Shown here in pieces: positions 50,956-61,242 of a stretch of DNA of 64,000 bases. The translations under genes and the position numbers were made by a program. Origin of the DNA: Candidatus Obscuribacterales bacterium (GTDB taxonomy: Bacteria; Cyanobacteriota; Vampirovibrionia; Obscuribacterales; Obscuribacteraceae); contig CBDDIJ010000002.1 of assembly GCA_965228855.1 (NCBI GenBank), positions 2,525,177 through 2,589,176 on the forward strand, written 5' to 3'. How positions within the stretch are numbered: the first letter of the stretch is position 1; every line of letters begins with the position of its first letter. Below the pieces are notes generated by a model, which was given only the letters and a program-made list of their open reading frames with translations, made no database searches and was not told where the DNA came from.

Positions 50956-52071
50956 TCAATCTATCGACACGCTGTCATCATCATCGTCAAATTCAATGTC
51001 ATCGTCGGCGCCGAAAGCGTCGGATAGGAAATCATCCTGTTCGAACTTGAACCATTCGCCGCCACGCAGACTTAAACACAGTTTCGGTTTTTCAATCGGT
51101 TTATCGTGGTCGGGAATTTTGGAGATGGATGTTCCAGTTGCGACAAAGTGGACGACCGGATCGTGGAACGTTTTGTTCATTGACATGTATTCCACTGTTT
51201 GCATGTCGTAGCTGAAGCTCATACTGACTAAACCATCTGCGCTCACTGCCATCGCATTTGATGTCAGTCGTTCCATCGCTAATGTGCGCGCGTCATAGAA
51301 TCCTTGAGTGAACAAGCCGATCTCCTGGTTCTGGCGACTGCGACCTTTCATGAAATCAACAAGCGTCGGGTCGATGATTTGTCGAGTCTCCGGATCGCAT
51401 TTTATGTAATAGGAGCAGACGCCAAATGCTAGCTCGCGCGGCAGGTATCCGGCGTTGTATAACTGCCAGAACTCCTGTCCGTGCAGATCGCTGGTGAATA
51501 CACCCTTGCCGGTGTAGTTCGGCAAACGAATCGCAGTTCCCATTGCTGTGAACTCCGTCATTCGAGTTGCCCAGTTGAAGTGTGATGACTTTACGCGGAC
51601 GCCGATCACACCATGCGCGCCCATTGCGTGTGCTTCCATCAGCATTCGATCGACAGCGGATTGTCTCGCTTTGAGTTGCGCTTCGGTAATTTGAATAAGC
51701 TCGCCTGTGTGGTTTTGCAAACTGCCACGACTGCTGAGATATTTATCGTGATTGTATTCAGCCTGCCGCAAACCAAAAGTTCGTCCAACGAGGCCGAACA
51801 AACTAATGTTATAGAAGCATGATCCCATCACCTGTCCGATCGTCTGGAAACCTGCTTCTCTGCACAAAAGATATTCGCGAACACTCAAGTCTGATGAGAA
51901 AAAGTTTTTACCGAGCGCCATCTCACGGTCGATTCGTTCTTTGGCTCTTGGGAAGATTTCGCCACGTTCCAGCGCGCGCACCGCTTCGCCTTGAACGCGC
52001 GCCATCTCTTCGTCTCGACGCTTGCCTTCGGTATAGTTGTTGAATATTTTTTTGATGAAATCCATCGTCAC
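50956..52071 (-). CDS. Tandem YbjQ/UPF0145 protein (paralog)
   Basis: FSSDLSVREY and FTSDLHGQEFW domains; acidic tail; 4-bp overlap with the upstream gene. Confidence 0.85.
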   Translation of the reverse strand: MTMDFIKKIFNNYTEGKRRDEEMARVQGEAVRALERGEIFPRAKERIDREMALGKNFFSSDLSVREYLLCREAGFQTIGQVMGSCFYNISLFGLVGRTFGLRQAEYNHDKYLSSRGSLQNHTGELIQITEAQLKARQSAVDRMLMEAHAMGAHGVIGVRVKSSHFNWATRMTEFTAMGTAIRLPNYTGKGVFTSDLHGQEFWQLYNAGYLPRELAFGVCSYYIKCDPETRQIIDPTLVDFMKGRSRQNQEIGLFTQGFYDARTLAMERLTSNAMAVSADGLVSMSFSYDMQTVEYMSMNKTFHDPVVHFVATGTSISKIPDHDKPIEKPKLCLSLRGGEWFKFEQDDFLSDAFGADDDIEFDDDDDSVSID

Positions 52072-52472
52072 CCGCTCACAAATTTGTCGAGCGCGTTTCG
52101 AGTCTGCGCATTTTTATCGGCTGTTTTTACAAGTTCCTTTAGAACATCGTCGATGCATTGCTCCATCGAAATGTCATTGGTCTTCAATCCGACACCTTTG
52201 ACGAGTTTTTTCGCGCGTGCGTTAACGGTTCCGTGTTTCTCTCGAACGATGATGAACTCCCAATCGTCGAAGCGAACAGTCAATTCGCTAACCGGTCGTT
52301 TTCCGAACAGACCGCTTCGCGAAACCTTCGTTCCGCTGGCATAGGACGACTCGAGCATCTTCGCGAGATACTCGAGTAAATCTCCTGAAGCACCGTGATC
52401 CGCCTTCAGTTTTGCGGCGAGCACTTCGAATTGCATTGCTGCATCAAGTTGATTTAAATCTTCGTCGGCCAT
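52068..52472 (-). CDS. Hypothetical protein heading the YbjQ operon
   Basis: 134 aa, translationally coupled to the next gene; LAAKLKAD...VKGVGLKT. Confidence 0.75.
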   Translation of the reverse strand: MADEDLNQLDAAMQFEVLAAKLKADHGASGDLLEYLAKMLESSYASGTKVSRSGLFGKRPVSELTVRFDDWEFIIVREKHGTVNARAKKLVKGVGLKTNDISMEQCIDDVLKELVKTADKNAQTRNALDKFVSG

Positions 52473-52733
52473 AACGCTTTCTCGAACGTTTGCGACTGTG
52501 TTGCGGCGCTAACGTTCTGATGGATCTAAGTGGTTTCCTCGCAAAATTTTGCAGACGCGCAAAATGGTGCAGACACATTAGACCACAACAGCATATTTAT
52601 TTCCTTAGAAAGCCGACGTTCGTCAATTCCGTCCGATCCGTCGTCATATCCGACGGTCGTCCTGGCTCGAAACGATCAATTTTGCGGCTCTGGCCGGCAT
52701 CCTAACTTGTCATTCGCGACTGGCGTTGGCCTG

Positions 52734-53393
52734 CTACACGACCTCAGAGTAGCTCATCATTCGAAAGGGAGGCTCCTGGCTAGAGAACCTGCGCAGCTTG
52801 GCAAGGAACGAAGGTTCTACATTGCAGACGCCATATTCGCAGTGAGGCGAGATTTCGTGAATCTCTGCGGAAGTCTCGACAACTCTTTCCAGCATGGTCT
52901 TCTCTTCAATGGACAAGGGTTCCGCTGAGTGAACAACAGGTTGATGTCCGTTTGATCCAAGAGCCGCAGAAAGAACACGGACCGCGATCAGCGGATCGAG
53001 CCATACTGAGCCGTCTTCAACAGTTTTGATTGCAAGCTCGAGGCGTTTTGCGCTCAAGCCAGTTTTCAAAATATAACCTTCCGCACCAGCACGGAATGAT
53101 TTGAATAGATCGTCGTTGTTGTCGTGCGCCGTTAACATGATGGCACGAATGTCAGGATTAGCCTGCCGAATTTGTTTGACCATCTCGATGCCGTCGATGC
53201 CCGGCAAACCGATGTCCGCCAGAACAAGCTCGGGTTTAGTCAAACGCACGCTTGCAACGGCAAGCTCTCCTGTCGCAGCGTCGCCAACGACGTCGAAATA
53301 GCGCACCTTCATCAACATCGCTTTGACCATTTGTCTGGTCAAATCATTGTCTTCGACGATGAAAATTCGGGTCTTCTTAATGGACTTACTCAT
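52734..53393 (-). CDS. NarL-like response regulator with atypical C-terminus
   Basis: IVEDN, DIGLPGIDG, MLTAH, GYILK; ATG 53393 with GGAGG RBS. Confidence 0.88.
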   Translation of the reverse strand: MSKSIKKTRIFIVEDNDLTRQMVKAMLMKVRYFDVVGDAATGELAVASVRLTKPELVLADIGLPGIDGIEMVKQIRQANPDIRAIMLTAHDNNDDLFKSFRAGAEGYILKTGLSAKRLELAIKTVEDGSVWLDPLIAVRVLSAALGSNGHQPVVHSAEPLSIEEKTMLERVVETSAEIHEISPHCEYGVCNVEPSFLAKLRRFSSQEPPFRMMSYSEVV

Positions 53394-53434
53394 GTCAATC
53401 CTCCAGACTGAGTGACGTTTTCTACAGTTTGTTT

Positions 53435-56400
53435 CTACAGATTTTTTATCGAAGTCTCTGCCGCGCTGAAGGTTTTCTTCAGGTCGGTCAATAGCGTCTC
53501 CGCATTCGACCAGTCCGCGGCCTCGGCACTCTCCTCGATACCACGGCATAAATCGACCATGGATGTGATGTGTATGGTTGCGCACATGCCTTTCAGCTCG
53601 TGAGCAGCGTCTTTTGCCGCCTCAAAACGTTTGCCGCCAATCGCGGTTTCCAGTCTCGATAACAAAGACGGCGTCATTGACGCGAAAAGGTTTAGGAACT
53701 TCTTCGCGGACTGCGGTCCGAATGTCGACTCAAGCGCGCTGTAGTCAAACAGGGTCGAGATATCGATATCGGTGACAGTGTCGGCTGGTTTGTTACGGCG
53801 TCGCGAATGATGCACCATGGGCGATACCATATCCGCGCTCTCCGAAAGATCCATGTTGCGATCGGTTCCGCTGAGCATCAGATCGACTTCCGATAAAGCC
53901 TCCTCAGGGCTCATATTCAATGCTCCATACCGCCCACTGCCGGCGCAGGCCGCTTTGCGATTAACTTCGAAGGCACGCAAATTCTCCGGTGTCTCTGCAG
54001 CTGTAATAGCATCCTCAAGCATGTCCTCTGCCGGACTCGAAAGTTGGTCGTTGCGACCACGCAGTTTTCGGCTGCCACCAATGCCGAGCATCCGTCGGTC
54101 CGCGTCAAGAGCTTCGTGATCTTCCGTTCGAGTCATGTCGATATCTTCCGAACTTGAAGTCGTTTTTGCGAGCGGAATTCCGGGGGAGTTAGTTCGTGAT
54201 AGCGCCGCTGGTGCGATCTGCGAATTAGTTTTTTGCAAACGTGAAGTGGAATTCCGAGCTACCTTGCTTCCTTTTATCTCCGCGGCCTCTTCAGCTGCAT
54301 GTTCAGATTTTGCGACGACTTGATTTGGAGCAGGTAAACTCATCGCTGGAAGATCGACGTCTGTTGTTTTGGCCACAACCGCTTTTTGACCGCTGTCAGA
54401 TTTCAAATCCATCCGCGCATTAGAAACCGATTCTTCTGCCGCCGCAATTGTGTACTCGGAGTTCGCGGTATTGGAGGCGACTCCTGGAGCGGACAGAATT
54501 CCTGATACGGCACCCGTGCCATGCATCAGTTTGTCGCCAACAGCTGGCTCCTCGAATTCTGGAATCGTGCCGGAATCAGCTTCGCCGGCTGCTGCGTTCA
54601 GGTTGGCCAAAACGGACTTGGTTTCGGCCCCGTCACCACTTGCCGGCGGTGCCGCGAGGAGCGGCGCATCCTGCGCCGATTCACTAACTCGCGTCAGGTC
54701 CGCGGATTTCTCATCGTCGACCGCACTCATATCGAACGCTTGCATCGATGGGGCGGGCTTGAATTGATTCGGTGATGCTATCGGCGGTGGCACCGCAATT
54801 GGCTGCACCCAGTGGGTTTTGCGCTGCTGTGTAGCCGACAATTCTTCCGAGAGCGGTGCCTTCAGCGAATCGTCACCGCTCTCGCTAACCGGAACTTTCT
54901 TCGTCTGCGCATTCCTTAACGAGTCGACTTTCAATGCTTCGGCGTCGGCCTTGGTCATCGCCGGTAGAGATTGATACGTAACTTCCTTATGCGACTCTCG
55001 ATATCCGAGCCACCGCTGGACAACCTCACGCAATCTATTGATTGTCACCGGCTTGCTGACGTAGTCATCCATGCCGGCTTGCAAGCAGTTCTCGCGATCG
55101 CCTTCCATTGCATGCGCGGTCATCGCGATAATTGGAACGTGGTCGCCCGACTGTTTTTCTCGCTGGCGAATCGACATCGTTGCCTCGAAACCATCCATGT
55201 CCGGCATCTGGCAATCCATTAATATAAGTTGGCAATTCGGATCGTTGGAGGCATCTAGCGCCATCCTGCCGTTTGAAACAACATGCGCGTTGAAGCCCAG
55301 CTCTTCGAGGAGCAAAACAGCCACTTCTTGATTGACGATGTTATCTTCGGCAACCAGAACGAATTTTGTTGATGGCGGTTCTCTGCGTGTGTTCAATTCC
55401 AGCGTATCGAGTTGGCTTGATACCGCCCGTGGTTCGAACAACGATAGCAGGCTGTTGAACAATGATGATTGTTTGATCGGTCGCGTGATTGTTCCATCAA
55501 ATCCTGATTGAACAGCGTTCTCTGATTGACCGATGTCGTCGATACTCAAAAGTAAGAGTATTTTTGTATCGGCAACCATTGAGGTTTCGCGCAGCTGGTG
55601 AACGAACTCGTACGGATCCGCGTCAGGTAAGTCCGAGTTAAGTAGCACAACCTGATACGGGTCCTTTTCCTTAATCGAATGAGCCACCGCCAGTGCTGCT
55701 TCTTCTGCGTGAGTCGCGAACGCGGGGCGAAGTCCCCAGCTCTCTACATATGATTCCGCAATTGTGGCCTCGTGCTCCGGAAGCCCGACCATCAAAATAC
55801 GCACCGACTCGAGGCTGGTCGCGACTATCACCTGCTCTTCTCTTTGTGCGACGCGCGTGAAAGGAATTGTGAATGAGAAAGTTGAACCCTTGCCGGCTTC
55901 GCTCTCGACTCGGATGCTGCCGCCCATGAGCTCGACGAGGCGTTTAGATATAGTCAAACCAAGCCCGGTGCCACCAACCTTACGTGTCGAAGATCCATCG
56001 ACCTGCGTGAATGGTGTGAACAACACCTTCAAGCCGTCACTCGAGATACCAATACCGGTATCAGTTACTGAGAACGTTATAACAGCAGCGTCTTCTGTTT
56101 CAGACTCAACTTCTGCTTGGACAAGAATTCGACCTTGTTCTGTAAATTTAATTGCATTACTGATCAGATTGAGCAAAACCTGCTTCAACCGTTGCGAATC
56201 GCCTCGCACCCACTTCGGGATGTCGGGAGAGAGGAAGGTTGTCAGCGATACCTGCTTCTCGCGCGCTTTATCAGCTAGCAAGTCAGCCGAACTCTCAACC
56301 GTAGCAATTAAATCGAAATCGCTTGCTTCCAGGTCAAGGCGACCAGCCTCGATTTTCGAGAAGACCAGAATGTCATCGATTATTTGCAACAGCGTCTGGC

Positions 56401-57904
56401 CGGAATTAACGATGAGGTCTACAAACCGCTTCTGATCTCGATTTAAGTTCGTCCGACGCAAAAGATCGCTCAGACCAATTACCGCATTCATCGGCGTCCT
56501 AATCTCGTGACTCATGTTCGCGAGAAATTCCGACTTCAACCGCGAGCCTTCTAGAGCCTGGTCGCGAGCTTGTACCAGTTGCTGGTTTAACAACTCAACC
56601 TGCGTGTCAATGCGTTTGCGCTCCGTAATGTCCTGGATGAACGCGCAAAACGTCGGCTGCCCGCTAAACTCAATCGGGAAGACTGCGAGTTCAACGGGAA
56701 ACTGCTCGCCGTTCTTGCGCTGCGCGACAAGCTGAATTCGTTTATTCAAAATTTTGTTGTCGCCGTTACTCATGAAGTTTTTAAAACCATGGTCATGCGA
56801 GCGACGAAACTCAAGCGGAATGATTGACTCTGACAGGTTCTTGCCGATGATCTCATCTCGGTCATAACCAAAGATTTTGTGTGCTTGTAGATTCCATTCG
56901 ATTACGTTGCCGTCGCGATCCATCGCAACAAACGCGTCATAAGCGCGGTCTATAATGAGCCTCGTGCGCGCTTCATTGTGCTGCAGTGCGTCCAGCGCAT
57001 CTCGTTCTCTCCGCGTGATGCGTGACAGGAAGTGACAGTGCCACAGGACGATGAGCGAAAAGCAAGCGCCCATCAACAACACGATTAGACTTGTGTCAAT
57101 CGGCATCGCGTACCAATCGTATTTTTGACCGAACAGTCGCAAATATCCGAGCGCAATCGGAGCGAGCAACGCTACAGGAAGCAGCAGCCGAGCCGTTCTT
57201 CCCCCGAGACCAGATTCCGTAACCACTCCGGCCAGCCCAAAGGTGGGTCGCGAGAAAAACATTCCCATTCCCAAGATGAGGAACGCTACCCCGGCAACCA
57301 GGGGTACCGGCGTGAGATCACCCGTCGAGTAAAGCAGCGGCGTACCATATGTATAGCCGCAGATGACAGCGAGACCGACGCCGAAGACCGAGACCGAAAG
57401 CGCCTGCGAGAAGTATCGGCAGGTTTTGTCACGATGCTGCGAAAGCAAAAGTGCCAGCGAGCACGCCAGCATTCCGATAGCCGCATGCGGCGCCATTCGT
57501 CCGGTTGTGTCGCCAACCTCAGCGCCCACGAGCATATTCATCAGCGAATTGTCGAGGTCAAACCGCGATATATGCAGATAGAAGACTGCGACGGCCAAAC
57601 CGATCAATAGCGGCACCGTCGCGATAACTAGAGCCGAGGCGCGTTTCCACTTCCCTATACTCCGTGCCGTCAACAGCATCAATGACAGTCCGCATGCCAC
57701 GAAGCTTATGCTCGCGGACAGTGAGACTGCTGGTTGCCCGGGCACTGGCGCGCTCAGCTGCGGGAGTGTGAAGCACCAGCCCGCCAGGACGACAGCACCA
57801 AAGGCGATAGAAAATAGAGCGGCGAGCCGCGAGAACTGTAGCGCGCCGCTCTCCCACCTCGAAAGAAAGGTTTGTGCTCCAGGTACCATTTGTATCTCGC
57901 TCAT
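53435..57904 (-). CDS. Unorthodox hybrid histidine kinase (TMs, PAS, HisKA, HATPase, 2 REC, HPt)
   Basis: MSHEIRTPM, NAIKFT, GGTGLGL, MDCQMP, HPt AHELKG; GAGGGG RBS before ATG 57904. Confidence 0.93.
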   Translation of the reverse strand: MSEIQMVPGAQTFLSRWESGALQFSRLAALFSIAFGAVVLAGWCFTLPQLSAPVPGQPAVSLSASISFVACGLSLMLLTARSIGKWKRASALVIATVPLLIGLAVAVFYLHISRFDLDNSLMNMLVGAEVGDTTGRMAPHAAIGMLACSLALLLSQHRDKTCRYFSQALSVSVFGVGLAVICGYTYGTPLLYSTGDLTPVPLVAGVAFLILGMGMFFSRPTFGLAGVVTESGLGGRTARLLLPVALLAPIALGYLRLFGQKYDWYAMPIDTSLIVLLMGACFSLIVLWHCHFLSRITRRERDALDALQHNEARTRLIIDRAYDAFVAMDRDGNVIEWNLQAHKIFGYDRDEIIGKNLSESIIPLEFRRSHDHGFKNFMSNGDNKILNKRIQLVAQRKNGEQFPVELAVFPIEFSGQPTFCAFIQDITERKRIDTQVELLNQQLVQARDQALEGSRLKSEFLANMSHEIRTPMNAVIGLSDLLRRTNLNRDQKRFVDLIVNSGQTLLQIIDDILVFSKIEAGRLDLEASDFDLIATVESSADLLADKAREKQVSLTTFLSPDIPKWVRGDSQRLKQVLLNLISNAIKFTEQGRILVQAEVESETEDAAVITFSVTDTGIGISSDGLKVLFTPFTQVDGSSTRKVGGTGLGLTISKRLVELMGGSIRVESEAGKGSTFSFTIPFTRVAQREEQVIVATSLESVRILMVGLPEHEATIAESYVESWGLRPAFATHAEEAALAVAHSIKEKDPYQVVLLNSDLPDADPYEFVHQLRETSMVADTKILLLLSIDDIGQSENAVQSGFDGTITRPIKQSSLFNSLLSLFEPRAVSSQLDTLELNTRREPPSTKFVLVAEDNIVNQEVAVLLLEELGFNAHVVSNGRMALDASNDPNCQLILMDCQMPDMDGFEATMSIRQREKQSGDHVPIIAMTAHAMEGDRENCLQAGMDDYVSKPVTINRLREVVQRWLGYRESHKEVTYQSLPAMTKADAEALKVDSLRNAQTKKVPVSESGDDSLKAPLSEELSATQQRKTHWVQPIAVPPPIASPNQFKPAPSMQAFDMSAVDDEKSADLTRVSESAQDAPLLAAPPASGDGAETKSVLANLNAAAGEADSGTIPEFEEPAVGDKLMHGTGAVSGILSAPGVASNTANSEYTIAAAEESVSNARMDLKSDSGQKAVVAKTTDVDLPAMSLPAPNQVVAKSEHAAEEAAEIKGSKVARNSTSRLQKTNSQIAPAALSRTNSPGIPLAKTTSSSEDIDMTRTEDHEALDADRRMLGIGGSRKLRGRNDQLSSPAEDMLEDAITAAETPENLRAFEVNRKAACAGSGRYGALNMSPEEALSEVDLMLSGTDRNMDLSESADMVSPMVHHSRRRNKPADTVTDIDISTLFDYSALESTFGPQSAKKFLNLFASMTPSLLSRLETAIGGKRFEAAKDAAHELKGMCATIHITSMVDLCRGIEESAEAADWSNAETLLTDLKKTFSAAETSIKNL

Positions 57905-58373
57905 AGTCGTGACCCCTCGGGTCCGCGTTTGTCGGGGTTTAAGTTCAGCACATTGCAAATGCAGTTGTCGCTTGAACTTGAGTCTTGACGGTGGTGGGTT
58001 CCGTTACCTGGCTGACTCATGCCTTCAGGAAACCGTTTTCGAGGTAAACAAGTCAATTGGAAATGCCTCCCGCCCGCTTGACTGTGGCTTGCATAGCATA
58101 TGATCCGAAGGGTGACGCCACGACCCGAAAGCCGCCAGCGTTCACGATTTTTGCAAGTTGTCAGCCCTGTTTAAATCCATTCTGTTGAGTATCTTCCACC
58201 ACCGAAAGCCCACTGCAGATATGGGTTTAGGGATAAAGTTGTATAGGTTTCAGGCAGATTTTGCAGTGAGGCTTAAACTCCGAATCGCCCCTCCCCCGGG
58301 TTATACTGGTAGTTCTCAAGCATGGTTTGGAGCTTGCTGTTTGCAACTGCATTTTGAAGAGTTTGAAAAACAT

Positions 58374-59264
58374 TTGAGACTGCGTCGTGAAATCGCTTGC
58401 AGCCTTCGCCGATTTTTCACGACAGTCGTGCTTGTCGCAATATTCTTTTCGGCTACCGTCGTCGCTTACGCCATCGAGCCTGAGTCGCCAGTGAGCGCGC
58501 CACACTTTGATGTGTCGTCGCAACCCGACTCCGCAAAGTCCTTACCTGCAAATGACCAGGCTAAGAGCGTCTCCGCGAAGCCAACCTTCAAAGCCGATCC
58601 GAAATGGGAAACCGACCTGGATAAAGGGAACCTCGTTCTGCCGAAACTAATTCAGGCCATCTCCGGTCGAACCAACTCTGACGAAACCCAAAAGTTGCTG
58701 CGAGGCGTAGTTAAAATCACCCGCGACGATGACTCATTCAAGCTCATCCGTGAAGATTCTAAAGAACTAAATTTCGGACCTGATACCATGCTTGGTGACC
58801 GGATGATTCAGAGCCTGGAACGCACCAGGCGCGATACCGATAAATATGGTCAAAATTTAGGCGAGGTCATGGCAGGTCTGAAGGGCGTCTCGGTCGCCGG
58901 CAATCACGTTGAGCTTCTACGTGAAGGACCACCGGAAGTTCGCATTGCGGTAGCGGCAGCGAAGAAATCGATTCCAATCAAACTTAAGGAAGTCCGCCTG
59001 TCGCGTCTGTCCATGGACCTTGACGAGAGCAGAGGCTATCCCGCCGTGCGAAACATCAACGGCATAGAGGTTATCGTCTCAGCCGGTGTTGATTTTCACA
59101 TTAAGCTCAAAGAGTTTTCGCGCACAAAAAATGCCAGAGGCGACACCATGGTCACCTTCGGCATTATAAATCCGCTCCCGAAGGCACTTCGTATAGCTTT
59201 AGGTCTCAAGGAGATTACCTACTTCAGCCACACCGTCCGAAAGAAAGTGGAGCGGTCGGCTTGA
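58374..59264 (+). CDS. Secreted hypothetical protein
   Basis: Signal-like segment FFTTVVLVAIFFSATVVAYA; start uncertain (ORF open from 58158). Confidence 0.65.
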   Translation: MRLRREIACSLRRFFTTVVLVAIFFSATVVAYAIEPESPVSAPHFDVSSQPDSAKSLPANDQAKSVSAKPTFKADPKWETDLDKGNLVLPKLIQAISGRTNSDETQKLLRGVVKITRDDDSFKLIREDSKELNFGPDTMLGDRMIQSLERTRRDTDKYGQNLGEVMAGLKGVSVAGNHVELLREGPPEVRIAVAAAKKSIPIKLKEVRLSRLSMDLDESRGYPAVRNINGIEVIVSAGVDFHIKLKEFSRTKNARGDTMVTFGIINPLPKALRIALGLKEITYFSHTVRKKVERSA

Positions 59265-59413
59265 CCCGCTATACCCATGAACCAATAGATTGCTGAAATT
59301 GCACCGCCACCTATTGGTTCATAGGCGCTCATTCAGAACCGACTATAACGGTTGTGCGCAAGCGGTCAAGACCAATATTTTGCTAAGTGCATCCGATTTT
59401 CGAATGCGGTTAT

Positions 59414-59435
59414 CGGGCACCATCGGTGGTGCCCG
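59414..59435. terminator. GC-rich hairpin between convergent genes
   Basis: CGGGCACCA-TCGG-TGGTGCCCG, perfect 9-bp stem; no clear U-tract. Confidence 0.45.
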
Positions 59436-59454
59436 CTTGCTTATTCACCGTTGA

Positions 59455-59601
59455 CTAATCAACTCGTCTGCCGGTGAACAATTGGAACAGGAACAATACG
59501 CCTGCTACGAGCAATAATGTGTGAATCATATCGCCGCCGAAGTGCGACAGCAGACCGATCAACCACACAAAGAGGATAAGGCTTATAAGTGTATACAACA
59601 T
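59455..59601 (-). CDS. lmo0937/DUF5670-family small membrane protein
   Basis: MLYTLISLILFVWLIG...GGDMIHTLLLVA...TGRR; AGGAG RBS. Confidence 0.85.
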   Translation of the reverse strand: MLYTLISLILFVWLIGLLSHFGGDMIHTLLLVAGVLFLFQLFTGRRVD

Positions 59602-59919
59602 CGGTGGTTCTCTCCTTGGGTGACGCAGAGTCTGCCCGAAAGACACTCAGTCCTTTTCGTTCAGATTTGCGTTATTCAACTCTGTACTTGCAAGAGAAAC
59701 ATAGCTCAGGAAACCAGTATCGATGCGCATAGACAGCAAGATCAAAATTACGATTTCCTTCCAATCATTCTCGAGATGGTTAAAACGTCCTAATCAAGCC
59801 TGTTTCGTGCTTTTTCCGATACTGCCCTGCGGCTTCTGCCAGCCGATAATCTTTCAAGATACGTTCAAAAGTTTTGCAACTCTCCATCATATTTATATGC
59901 AGTGAAGTAAGATCTTCAG

Positions 59920-60768
59920 GTGCTCAGGCTGGAATTAAACCGTCTGCTATTACGCAACCTTCATCGGAGACAACACGTGTTGAGACGCTCACTTGCAACT
60001 TTTCCTATCTCGATGGCGCTTCTGTTATCCTCGCTCGTGATTTCACATGAGGCTAAAGCGGAGGAGTCGAACGCGAAGGAAACTTTGGAAGTTCCAGCAG
60101 GTGCGGATAAAGAAGCCTGGCTACTGCTCAAGGCTGCGCATGATTCACGACAGGCGTTTCCTGACAGCTTTAAGGGTTTCGACGCCAATATCTCCTTTAT
60201 AGATGATGGGAAAAGGGTGGACGGCAAGCTTGAATATCGCTCCGGTAAGGAAGCCAAAATCGAATTGGATGGACTCTCGAAGGAGCAATCTGAGTGGCTT
60301 CAGGATAAACTGCTGAGCATGATCGGCCATCGACGAGGTGGAGATTTCGCTAAACGAGATGGACGCAATCCGATTACGTTCGGTAAGGACGAGCCCGAAA
60401 ACAACTTTGGCAAGCTGCTCGTTTTGAACGACAAGCTCAACTCAAGCTATCGAGTCAAGGACAACAAGGTCATGGAGGTGACTCGCTGTCCCGGAGATGT
60501 TCGCTTCACCATCTCGGTTATCGAAACTCGCGTCGCTGACCCTGGAAAATATCTGGCCAATCACTTCGCGGTAAGCTATCGCGATAAGAAGACGAATGCC
60601 CTGTCTGCGGTCGAGGCTTTCCGCGACTCTTACAAGCAGATCGATAGTGTTTGGCTGCCGGCGAAGCGCACCGTCATCAGTATCACTCCGGAGAAAACGA
60701 CACCAGAGATAAGACAAATACTTCTATCCGAAGTGAAAGTCGTTTCCGAAGACAAGCCGAAAGACTAG
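59920..60768 (+). CDS. DUF3386-family protein, secreted
   Basis: AHDSRQAFPDSFKGFDA, GHRR, SSYRVKD, WLPAKR; start uncertain. Confidence 0.7.
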   Translation: MLRLELNRLLLRNLHRRQHVLRRSLATFPISMALLLSSLVISHEAKAEESNAKETLEVPAGADKEAWLLLKAAHDSRQAFPDSFKGFDANISFIDDGKRVDGKLEYRSGKEAKIELDGLSKEQSEWLQDKLLSMIGHRRGGDFAKRDGRNPITFGKDEPENNFGKLLVLNDKLNSSYRVKDNKVMEVTRCPGDVRFTISVIETRVADPGKYLANHFAVSYRDKKTNALSAVEAFRDSYKQIDSVWLPAKRTVISITPEKTTPEIRQILLSEVKVVSEDKPKD

Positions 60769-60902
60769 ACTCAGAAGCTGCGTCGCACCACATGCGGTGC
60801 CGTTCCCTCTATGAAATGACGAACGGGTTCTCGCGGTTTTGTTCGACATGATAAGAACATGTGCGACTGTGAAAGGTCGCCACACTATTTGAAAAACTTT
60901 TA

Positions 60903-60974
60903 TGGGCCATGATGGATTCGAACCATCAACCAATTGCTTAAGAGGCAACTGCTCTGCCGTTGAGCTAATGACCC
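60903..60974 (-). tRNA. tRNA-Lys(CTT)
   Basis: GGGTCAT/ATGGCCC acceptor stem, loop CTCTTAA, GGTTCGAATCC. Confidence 0.96.
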
Positions 60975-61051
60975 AGGTGCGCCATGGGCGCGGCGATACA
61001 AACATATTACACGAAATATATTGTACGCAAAACGGCTGTTAAGGAAAAATG

Positions 61052-61124
61052 CGCGCCTGGAAGGATTTGAACCTTCGACAATCCGCTTAGAAGGCGGGTG
61101 CTCTATCCACTGAGCTACAGGCGC
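61052..61124 (-). tRNA. tRNA-Arg(TCT)
   Basis: GCGCCTG/CAGGCGC acceptor stem, loop CTTCTAA, GGTTCAAATCC. Confidence 0.96.
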
Positions 61125-61242
61125 ACGAGGCCGAAGCTACGCACCCGATTGAGTGCGTGGACGGTCATTATATAACGGATGACAAATTCCGTTTCGCCCT
61201 TGTAGCACTTGGCTTCATCTAACTTTTCTTGATGAGAATCTG

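Noticed and set aside
53394..53585. Extended N-terminus of the response regulator in the ORF track
   Set aside because: Overlaps the kinase 3' end; ATG 53393 has a strong RBS and begins the REC domain
57905..58370. Riboswitch or ncRNA in the long leader of the hybrid kinase
   Set aside because: Only weak hairpins; no recognisable c-di-GMP or other aptamer consensus. An Rfam/Infernal scan would be needed
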